A stretch of DNA of 64,000 bases from a virus: IMG/VR virus record IMGVR_UViG_3300020185_004330, positions 17,141 through 81,140 of that record, one strand, 5' to 3'. This document shows positions 49,878 to 56,910 of this stretch, one piece after another (positions within the stretch are counted from its first letter, which is position 1; each line of letters opens with the position of its first letter). The position numbers were made by a program, and so were the translations under genes. A model generated the notes under the pieces. The model did no database searches and was not told where the DNA came from. It was given only the letters and a program-made list of their open reading frames with translations.

Positions 49878-50221
49878 TTTTTAATAATCTTCCAACTCTC
49901 TAATGGGTTGGTTTCATATTTCAAAGGAGTTTCTCTGTAAATAATAAACTTAAAACTTTTACCTGTACTTAATGAATCATTACCTTGCACTTTAACGTAG
50001 TCTCCATCTTTAAGTTTTTCACTTTCTGCAGCGTCTACTATTTTGAATAAATCATCTAACTGTCTTTCCATCTTAACTGTAACGCCTTCAAAGTTTAATA
50101 TAACTGTTTCACCTGGCTTACTGTCAAATATGCTTTCTGAAGCTTTAACATCTTCTTGTGCTGCCATTTCTTCGTAAGACTCCTTTATTAACTGTCTGAT
50201 AATTTTTTTTGTAATTTTCAT
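49874..50221 (-). CDS. Hypothetical protein
   Basis: Probable start ATG 50221 giving MKITKKIIRQLIKESYEE. Confidence 0.6.
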   Translation of the reverse strand: MKITKKIIRQLIKESYEEMAAQEDVKASESIFDSKPGETVILNFEGVTVKMERQLDDLFKIVDAAESEKLKDGDYVKVQGNDSLSTGKSFKFIIYRETPLKYETNPLESWKIIKN

Positions 50222-50294
50222 TTTTTTATTTTTGTAAAAATTGTTATCTATAAATATAGGAATTTTTCTTTTTTTCTTGTAATTTCGTAATATT

Positions 50295-52190
50295 ATGAGC
50301 ACAAACACAATTGTCATAACGAAGCTTAAGTCTAATTATAAAGTAGAATATAATTATAGAAAGAATTTAAGCGACTTCATTAAGGGCTTTCCTGATGACC
50401 AAAGGAAGATAAATGTAGATTACATACAAAATCCTGATGGTACTGGTTATGAGAGTTGGTATAGAGTTGTTTCTGGTGGGTACATAGGTAAAGTTATATC
50501 TTTCATAAAAGATAATGGCATGCCCTTTAAGTTTACCAATTTAAGCCCTGAAGAGGTTGAGCTATTAAGAAAAAATTTTATCAAAAGACAAGAGTCTTTG
50601 CTTAAGGCCTTATCCATAAAGACAGAAAACATAGACACTTCTAAGGTTGATTTCTCATTCATGAATATAGAGCCATATGATTATCAAAAACAAGCTGCAA
50701 TATTTTTTGATGCTTGTAACGGAAGAGCTTTGTTGGGAGACCAGCCAGGCGTTGGAAAGACTGCAGCGGCAATGACTTATGCTTGTTGGAAAGGAAAAAA
50801 AACACTAATCGTATGCCCAGCAAATCTTAGGTTAAATTGGAGAAATGAAATACATAAATTCACGAAAGAAAAAGCTTTTGTGTACAAATGGAAACCAACT
50901 AAAAAATCAAAGAAAATTAATAATTCCAAAGAAGAATCTATGTTTCATATTATGAGCTATAGCTCTTTGGATACATACATAACAATAGAAATGTCTCACA
51001 CTTGTAAAAATGTGTTTTGCGGATGGAAAGGGAGGAATAGTAAAAAAAGATATAAAGACAAAGTTTGCCCTAACTGTGGAGTTAGAGGCATGGTCAATTC
51101 GAGAGCTACCAAAAATATAACATTCACACCAGATAAAATGGGAGAAGTTTTAAATGCGGAGGATTATGAAATATTGATAATGGATGAGGCTCATTATATC
51201 AAAAACAACTCAGCAGACAGAACTAAGTTAGCAAAGAAAACTTTAAAAGATATTCCTCAAAAACTTTTACTTACTGGTACAGCCATAAAAAGCAGACCCT
51301 ATGAATTCTTTTCACTACTTAATTTCCTTTACCCAGAAGAATGGAGTAATGCCCACTCTTTTGGTGTTAAGTATTGTGCTGCAGAAAAAAACAATTTCGG
51401 ATGGGATTATAATGGAGCATCTAATCTAGATGAGTTGTTTGAAAAAATATCACCATTCTTTCTTAGGAGATTAAAAAAAGACATCCTAAAACACTTGCCC
51501 CCAAAAACTTATACAGCAATACCTGTAGAGCTCACCCCTATAGAGATGAGAGAGTACAACAAAATTAAAAAAGGCATAAAAGAAGAGAGTGCTCAAGATG
51601 ACCAAGAAGCTGACAACAGAATGAATCACCTAACTAGGATTCAAAAGCTAAAACAGTTTACTTCCGAAATAAAAATGAAAAGAGCATTTGAGTTTATTCA
51701 AGACATTATTGACGGAGACGAGAAGGTTGTTGTGTTTAGTCAGTACAAAGGAATTTCTTACGAAGTTGCTAATAAATTCGGAGATAAAGCAGTTGTATTT
51801 AATGGAGACATTAATGCAAACAAAAAAGAAGAGGCTGTAGAGGCTTTTATGACAGATGACAATGTCAAGGTCTTCTCTGGAACGATAGGGGCAGCAGGAG
51901 TCGGCATAACGCTTACATCGGCAAGTATTTCAATATTCATTGACCAACCGTGGACTAGTGCAGATAGAGAGCAGGCAGAAGATAGGATACACAGAGCGTC
52001 CTCCACGTCAGATAAAATACAAATCATAAGACTTATATGTCAAGATACAATCGATGAAGATATAGAAAAGCTTTTAAATCAAAAGTCCTCAATATTATCT
52101 AAAGTTTTAGATGGGAAAGAATTTGAGCAGACAGTTGAGGTTAAAGACGGTAATATATTCGGAGATTTAATAAAATTATTATACAACTAA
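50295..52190 (+). CDS. SNF2-family (SF2) helicase/ATPase
   Basis: GDQPGVGKT, IVCPA, MDEAH, LLTGT, PFFLRRLKKD, VVVFSQY, GVGITL, QAEDRIHR. Confidence 0.9.
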   Translation: MSTNTIVITKLKSNYKVEYNYRKNLSDFIKGFPDDQRKINVDYIQNPDGTGYESWYRVVSGGYIGKVISFIKDNGMPFKFTNLSPEEVELLRKNFIKRQESLLKALSIKTENIDTSKVDFSFMNIEPYDYQKQAAIFFDACNGRALLGDQPGVGKTAAAMTYACWKGKKTLIVCPANLRLNWRNEIHKFTKEKAFVYKWKPTKKSKKINNSKEESMFHIMSYSSLDTYITIEMSHTCKNVFCGWKGRNSKKRYKDKVCPNCGVRGMVNSRATKNITFTPDKMGEVLNAEDYEILIMDEAHYIKNNSADRTKLAKKTLKDIPQKLLLTGTAIKSRPYEFFSLLNFLYPEEWSNAHSFGVKYCAAEKNNFGWDYNGASNLDELFEKISPFFLRRLKKDILKHLPPKTYTAIPVELTPIEMREYNKIKKGIKEESAQDDQEADNRMNHLTRIQKLKQFTSEIKMKRAFEFIQDIIDGDEKVVVFSQYKGISYEVANKFGDKAVVFNGDINANKKEEAVEAFMTDDNVKVFSGTIGAAGVGITLTSASISIFIDQPWTSADREQAEDRIHRASSTSDKIQIIRLICQDTIDEDIEKLLNQKSSILSKVLDGKEFEQTVEVKDGNIFGDLIKLLYN

Positions 52191-52195
52191 AAAAC

Positions 52196-52468
52196 ATGAA
52201 AAAACTAAACACTATTTTATACATTCTAATTTTGAGTTTCTTAATTGCAGGATGTGCAGACGTAAGCCCTAACGCAATCGATTGTGTTAATGAATCTTCT
52301 TATGGATTCTTTGGTGGTTTATGGCATGGACTAATATCAATATTTTCTTTTATAGGAAGCCTATTTATGGATGATGTGGCAGTGTATGCCTATAACAACA
52401 ATGGAGCCTTGTATGATTTTGGTTTTTTACTGGGGGCTGGGGCTTTTGCTTCTCGTGCGACAAAGTAG
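52196..52468 (+). CDS. Small lipoprotein/membrane protein
   Basis: Lipobox-like LIAGC; GFFGGLWHG...YDFGFLLG hydrophobic segments. Confidence 0.7.
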   Translation: MKKLNTILYILILSFLIAGCADVSPNAIDCVNESSYGFFGGLWHGLISIFSFIGSLFMDDVAVYAYNNNGALYDFGFLLGAGAFASRATK

Positions 52469-52472
52469 TAAT

Positions 52473-52796
52473 TTGACAATTACAAAACACATACTACTAG
52501 AAGGCAAAAAGTCAGTCAACGGACTAGAAGTTTCTGATAATTTGGGTATAATGAATTGGTATGAGGCAATAGTTGCTTGCAAAAGTTTGGGACCAGGATG
52601 GAGATTGCCAACAAAAGACGAATTGAATATGTTTTATGAAAATAAGGAAGAAATTGGCGGTTTTGCTTTTAACGGCTATTGGAGTTGTACGGATTTCGGG
52701 AACCTCAATGCGTGGAATCAGAATTTCTACGATGGTGTCCAGTACTACAACGGTAAGGACGACTTCATCTATGTTCGCGCTGTTCGGGCTTCTTAA
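52473..52796 (+). CDS. DUF1566/CLec-fold variable protein, copy 1
   Basis: W..A...C..LG.GWRLPTKDEL...YWS...AW...F..G......K....VRAVR; TTG start by parallel with copies 2-5. Confidence 0.85.
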   Translation: MTITKHILLEGKKSVNGLEVSDNLGIMNWYEAIVACKSLGPGWRLPTKDELNMFYENKEEIGGFAFNGYWSCTDFGNLNAWNQNFYDGVQYYNGKDDFIYVRAVRAS

Positions 52797-52816
52797 CAAT
52801 TTAACTATTTAACCAT

Positions 52817-53140
52817 TTGACAATTACAAAACACATATTACTAGAAGACAGAAAGTCAATCAACGGACTAGAAGTGTCTCATAATCTAGGGTCAATGAAT
52901 TGGCATGAAGCAAAAATTGCTTGTAAAAAATTAGGACTAGGATGGAGATTGCCAACAAAAGACGAATTAAATATGCTTTATGAAAATAAGGAAGAAATTG
53001 GCGGTTTTGCTAATGTCAACTATTGGAGTTCTACGGTGTTCGTTAACTCCAGTGCGTGGGCTCAGGGTTTCAACAATGGTAGCCAGTTCTTCGACTTTAA
53101 GTACTTCAACCTCTATGTTCGCGCTGTTCGGGCTTCTTAA
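52817..53140 (+). CDS. DUF1566/CLec-fold variable protein, copy 2
   Basis: Same motifs as copy 1; variable region ~53009-53140. Confidence 0.85.
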   Translation: MTITKHILLEDRKSINGLEVSHNLGSMNWHEAKIACKKLGLGWRLPTKDELNMLYENKEEIGGFANVNYWSSTVFVNSSAWAQGFNNGSQFFDFKYFNLYVRAVRAS

Positions 53141-53160
53141 CAATTTAACTATTTAACCAT

Positions 53161-53484
53161 TTGACAATTAAAAAACACATATTACTAGAATCAAGAAAAG
53201 CAATTAATGGATTAGAAGTCTCTAATAATTTAGGTCGTATGACTTGGTATGAAGCAATAAGTGCTTGCAAGAATTTGGGAACAGGATGGAGATTGCCAAC
53301 AAAAGACGAATTGAATATGCTTTATGAAAACAAGGAAGAAATTGGCGGTTTTGCTAATAACTTCTATTGGAGTTCTACGGAGAACGATAACTACGATGCG
53401 TGGAGACAGTATTTCGGCGATGGTAACCAGTACAACTTCAATAAGCTCGACACACTCTCTGTTCGGGCTGTTCGGGCTTCTTAA
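53161..53484 (+). CDS. DUF1566/CLec-fold variable protein, copy 3
   Basis: Same motifs; variable region ~53353-53484. Confidence 0.85.
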   Translation: MTIKKHILLESRKAINGLEVSNNLGRMTWYEAISACKNLGTGWRLPTKDELNMLYENKEEIGGFANNFYWSSTENDNYDAWRQYFGDGNQYNFNKLDTLSVRAVRAS

Positions 53485-53504
53485 CAATTTAACTATTTAA
53501 CCAT

Positions 53505-53828
53505 TTGACAATTACAAAACACATATTACTAGAAGGTAAAAAGTCAATCAATGGATTAGAAGTCTCTAATAATTTAGGATATATGACTTGGCATGAAGCA
53601 ATAAGTGCTTGCAAAAAATTAGGAACAGGATGGAGATTGCCAACGAAAGACGAATTGAATATGCTTTATGAAAACAAGGAAGAAATTGGCGGTTTTGCTT
53701 ATTTCTTCTATTGGAGTTCTACGGAGACTGGTAACGGCAGTGCGTGGGTTCAGTATTTCTCCAATGGTGTCCAGGGCTACTACAATAAGCTCAACTGCTA
53801 CTGTGTTCGCGCTGTTCGGGCTTCTTAA
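53505..53828 (+). CDS. DUF1566/CLec-fold variable protein, copy 4
   Basis: Same motifs; variable region ~53697-53828. Confidence 0.85.
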   Translation: MTITKHILLEGKKSINGLEVSNNLGYMTWHEAISACKKLGTGWRLPTKDELNMLYENKEEIGGFAYFFYWSSTETGNGSAWVQYFSNGVQGYYNKLNCYCVRAVRAS

Positions 53829-53848
53829 CAATTTAACTATTTAACCAT

Positions 53849-54175
53849 TTGACAATTACAAAACACATACTACTAGAAGGCAAAAAGTCAGTCAACGGAC
53901 TAGAAGTTTCTGATAATTTGGGTATAATGAATTGGTATGACGCAAAAATTTACTGCAAAAAATTAGGAGCAGAATGGAGATTGCCAACAAAAGACGAATT
54001 GAATATGCTTTATGAAAACAAGGAAGAAATTGGCGGTTTTTCTAATAAGTTCTTCTATTGGAGTTCTACGGAGTTCGATTTCTCCAGTGCGTGGACTCAG
54101 AATTTCCTCCTTGGTTACCAGGGCACCAACAATAAGGACAACGTCACCTATGTTCGCGCTGTTCGGGCTTCTTAA
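53849..54175 (+). CDS. DUF1566/CLec-fold variable protein, copy 5
   Basis: Same motifs; variable region ~54041-54175 with one extra codon. Confidence 0.85.
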   Translation: MTITKHILLEGKKSVNGLEVSDNLGIMNWYDAKIYCKKLGAEWRLPTKDELNMLYENKEEIGGFSNKFFYWSSTEFDFSSAWTQNFLLGYQGTNNKDNVTYVRAVRAS

Positions 54176-54209
54176 CAATTTAACTATTTAACAATTAAAA
54201 TAAATATAT

Positions 54210-54241
54210 TTTTTATCTAATGTAATATTTTTATATATTTG
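54210..54241 (+). promoter_or_regulatory. Bacteroidota-type promoter candidate (-7 box TATATTTG) upstream of the tRNA cluster
   Basis: TAnnTTTG match at 54234-54241. Confidence 0.45.
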
Positions 54242-54290
54242 TCGTTAGGTAAGAAAAGGTTCTTTGAAATGTTGGAAAAGTAATTTAAAT

Positions 54291-54367
54291 GGACGGGTAG
54301 CTCAGCTGGATAGAGCCACGCACTTCTAATGCGTAGGTCGAAGGTTCGAATCCTTCTCCGTTCACCA
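54291..54367 (+). tRNA. tRNA-Arg (anticodon UCU)
   Basis: Full cloverleaf; anticodon arm ACGCA-CTTCTAA-TGCGT; GGTTCGAATCC T-arm; encoded CCA. Confidence 0.95.
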
Positions 54368-54373
54368 TTTATA

Positions 54374-54682
54374 GGGCCTCTAGCTCAGATGGTTAGAGCA
54401 ACTGACTCATTAGTAATAGTGCCGTTAGCAAGAAATTGTTAAATGTGAATGGGGTGAATTCAAGGAAATCTTAACACGTAACGGTGATGACAACCATGAG
54501 CCAAGTCTGTGGTACACCACAGAAAGGTGCAGAGACTACTGGAGAAGTTTAGCCTTCTTAATAACCAGGTTTAGCGCCCCAAACCCTAACGTAAAGACGA
54601 GGGTTATGAGATAGTCCACAGAGTTATGAAAATAACACAAATGTGAATCAGTAGGTCACAGGTTCGAATCCTGTGGGGCCCA
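54374..54682 (+). tRNA. tRNA(CAU), probably Ile2 (lysidine type), split by an intron: exons 54374-54410 and 54646-54682
   Basis: Joined exons give a cloverleaf with ACTGA-CTCATAA-TCAGT; G1-C72 and no GGG/CCC anticodon stem, so not an initiator tRNA. Confidence 0.85.
54411..54645 (+). ncRNA. ORF-less group I intron (IC3-like, 235 nt)
   Basis: 5' exon ends in U and intron ends in G; P AATTCAAGGAAA, Q AACCATGAGC, R GTGCAGAGACTA, S GAGATAGTCC; P3 GGGGTG/CGCCCC. Confidence 0.85.
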
Positions 54683-54710
54683 CTAAGCTTTTTTATGACT
54701 ATTTATAGTT

Positions 54711-55592
54711 ATGGAAAAGAAAAAGTGTGTTAATTGTGATTTGGAATTTGAATCTAAATCTAAAACAAAGAAGTTTTGTAGTGTAAAATGTTCTTGTTCT
54801 TACAACAATAAAAGAAAAGAAAACACTAGCAAAAAAAGTGAAGTAAAAGAAAAGCTTAGAAAAAAAGCCCTAGAACAATACGACAAAAAGTATGGAGCCT
54901 TAAAAAAGTTTGATGTTAATTGTAAATGTTGTGGAGCTATAGTTGTTGTAGAAGAAAGGGAAAAACAGTTTCCCAAAAAAGATAAATACTTTTGCTCAAA
55001 GTCATGTAGCAATACTAGGCGTCACACATCTGAAACTAAAAGTAAGATAAGCAATTCTTTACATGGTACTGGCAACAAGGATGTATTTATAACTTGTAAA
55101 CAGTGTAATGTTAAGTTTGAGCGCAAATGGACAAAGAGAAATCAGAAATTTTGTTCCCGAAGTTGTGCCTCTAAATTTGTTAGTAATACAGAAGAAAGAA
55201 AAAGTTTACAAAGTTTAATAGGTAGAAGGTCTGCTGCTAAGCAATCTATAGAAAGAAGGAGTAAAAATGAAATTCATTTTGCCAACCTTTGTAAGGAAGA
55301 GTTTAGAAAAGTAATTACAAATGAGCCTATTTTTAACGGCTGGGATGCTGATGTTATAGTTCAAGATTTAAATATAGCTGTACTTTGGAATGGTAAATGG
55401 CATTATGAGAAAATTACTGAATCACACTCAGTTTCTCAAGTTCAAAATAGAGATAAAATTAAAATAAAAGAAATAAAAAAAGCAGGATATATTCCATATG
55501 TTATAAAAGATATGGGAAGAGCTAATAAAGAAAAAGTTGAAAAAGAATTTAAAAAATTTATAAAATTTGTAAATCAAATTAAATTGCGATAA
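54711..55592 (+). CDS. Free-standing putative homing endonuclease (Zn-ribbon repeats + Vsr/PD-(D/E)XK-like C-terminus)
   Basis: Three CxxC...FCSxxC repeats; NEPIFNGWDADVIV..LNIAVLWNGKWHY. Confidence 0.65.
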   Translation: MEKKKCVNCDLEFESKSKTKKFCSVKCSCSYNNKRKENTSKKSEVKEKLRKKALEQYDKKYGALKKFDVNCKCCGAIVVVEEREKQFPKKDKYFCSKSCSNTRRHTSETKSKISNSLHGTGNKDVFITCKQCNVKFERKWTKRNQKFCSRSCASKFVSNTEERKSLQSLIGRRSAAKQSIERRSKNEIHFANLCKEEFRKVITNEPIFNGWDADVIVQDLNIAVLWNGKWHYEKITESHSVSQVQNRDKIKIKEIKKAGYIPYVIKDMGRANKEKVEKEFKKFIKFVNQIKLR

Positions 55593-55664
55593 TGGTGTAG
55601 GAAAGGTCTCATGAGCCTTTTTGGGAGATATCCCTCCGTCAAGTTCGAATCTTGAAATCGCGAC
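55585..55664 (+). tRNA. Atypical tRNA-like element, CAU anticodon, degenerate D-arm, long variable arm
   Basis: TGCGAT/ATCGCG acceptor pairing, AAGGT-CTCATGA-GCCTT arm, GGGA-GATA-TCCC arm, TCAAG-TTCGAAT-CTTGA T-arm; only ~11 nt lie where the D-arm should be. Confidence 0.45.
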
Positions 55665-55666
55665 TA

Positions 55667-56130
55667 AGCAAGCAGCTGTCACCTTCAACTTTAATAAGGA
55701 GAGTTTAATAGTCACTTCTTAGACACTGCTTGCATCTTATTAACCTGACACAGCGGGTTATTAGAGGTTGTACGGTCCAAATTTACTCTTTAAAGCCTTA
55801 AGGGACCTATGCTGGAGAACCAGACGATGGAGTGATGAAACCTTGGACATTTAGCTGATGCATTAGCTGATGTTTATATGGGAATAAGCCATTTGAAAGA
55901 ACGGGGCGGACTGTGAAAAAAACTGCCCCTTTTTAAGACATTTAAAATTCGTGCTGTTTAATCAACGGCTAGTCCAGTTCATAGGACGATGAGAAATGGT
56001 ATGATAACCATAATGGAGATACTCCAACAGTAGTTAAGTCTACACAAGTGTTCAGGATAGGTGTGAGTCGTTGTTGACACCCTGCCGCCAGGTATTGGAA
56101 GAAGCGTCCTTGAGATAGCACCCGCTTGAT
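55667..56130 (+). ncRNA. Unassigned structured non-coding region (probably two or three RNAs)
   Basis: No credible ORF (only a 95-aa antisense frame clips its 5' end), higher GC than flanks, many stems, terminator-like GGGGCGG/CTGCCCC-TTTTT at ~55903-55934. Confidence 0.5.
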
Positions 56131-56142
56131 GTTGGAATTAAC

Positions 56143-56853
56143 TTAAATAAGTTCTATCAATTCTTCAAATTGCTTTTCTGATAGTCTATCGAAAGATATT
56201 TTTTTCTTGATATTTTTAGAGTATATTAGCTCTTCATTTGGCTCATCTATATACCAATCTTTTCCTCCAATTTTTACTTTAGGCAAATCTAATTCTATCT
56301 TTTTTCTACTCCCCCCTTCGGACCTCTTTTTTTCGTTGTTTAGTTTTGTGAAAAATAATTCGTTTTTAATAATTCTATCAACTCTTAACTTTTCTTTTGT
56401 TTGAGGAACATCATCTTTAGCAAAATATATTGTTTGTATTTCATTATTTCTAATGATAGCATATATTTTATTTCCGTTGCTTTTAGTTTTTCTGTCTAAA
56501 AAAAATAAATTTTTTCCAACTACATCTAATCTATCTTCTTCTGAATAGTAGTTTATTCTTTTTGGGTCTATCCTTATGTATGCTAATATTACTGCAAAAT
56601 CTTCATTTTTTGGAAATTCGTAACCCTCGATAAGTCTATATTTTCTTTTTATACTTTCTCTTTCATCACTACTCAGGCTATATGTTCCTACCGACTTATA
56701 ATCTGGCTCAAATACATTCGTTGAACCTCTTTCTTCATATCCAACCTGAATATTGTCTCTATCTATAAACCTTTCTGACAGTCTATCTAAAGAGTGTTCG
56801 GCAGAAAATGCTTCTTTTAAAATTTCTCTAACAATTTTTCGAATAGAATTCAT
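56143..56853 (-). CDS. Hypothetical protein
   Basis: 236 aa; N-terminal MNSIRKIVREILKEA peptide. Confidence 0.65.
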   Translation of the reverse strand: MNSIRKIVREILKEAFSAEHSLDRLSERFIDRDNIQVGYEERGSTNVFEPDYKSVGTYSLSSDERESIKRKYRLIEGYEFPKNEDFAVILAYIRIDPKRINYYSEEDRLDVVGKNLFFLDRKTKSNGNKIYAIIRNNEIQTIYFAKDDVPQTKEKLRVDRIIKNELFFTKLNNEKKRSEGGSRKKIELDLPKVKIGGKDWYIDEPNEELIYSKNIKKKISFDRLSEKQFEELIELI

Positions 56854-56910
56854 ATTGTAATATTTTAATAAAATATACGTTTATTTGTAAATAGTCACAT
56901 ATTTATTATT

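Larger units (their letters stand above)
52473..54190 (+). repeat. Five-copy tandem array, 344-bp period, of DGR-target-like genes
   Basis: Unit starts at 52473, 52817, 53161, 53505, 53849; each ends GTTCG(C/G)GCTGTTCGGGCTTCTTAACAATTTAACTATTTAAC. Confidence 0.95.

Noticed and set aside
36731-52190. Inteins in primase, Rad50 or helicase
   Set aside because: No Hint-domain boundary motifs (C/S start, HN-C/S/T end), and protein lengths are accounted for without them.
52371-52472. N-terminal extension of copy 1 given in the ORF track
   Set aside because: It overlaps the upstream lipoprotein; the TTG at 52473 matches the starts of the other four copies.
52473-53880. TTGACA at each repeat start as a sigma70 -35 box
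   Set aside because: No acceptable -10 element at 16-18 nt; the hexamer is the TTG-ACA start codons.
52524-54178. Repeated minus-strand ORFs starting MLRSPNS
   Set aside because: Antisense shadows of the DUF1566 genes; stop-poor because the sense strand is rich in NNC/NNT codons.
52473-54190. The 344-bp repeats as a CRISPR array
   Set aside because: Units are whole protein-coding genes with codon-structured variation, not short repeats with unrelated spacers.
55667-56130. tmRNA, RNase P, SRP, hammerhead or theta (HDV-like) ribozyme
   Set aside because: Diagnostic motifs are absent or only partly matched (no tRNA-like ends, no GGAAAGTCC, no CTGANGA..GAAA core, CAGG..GGAA..AGC only loosely SRP-like); left unassigned.
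54180-56140. DGR template repeat or RT in the adjacent non-coding island
   Set aside because: No similarity to the VR consensus and no RT ORF; this sequence is explained by tRNAs, the intron, a nuclease and other stems.
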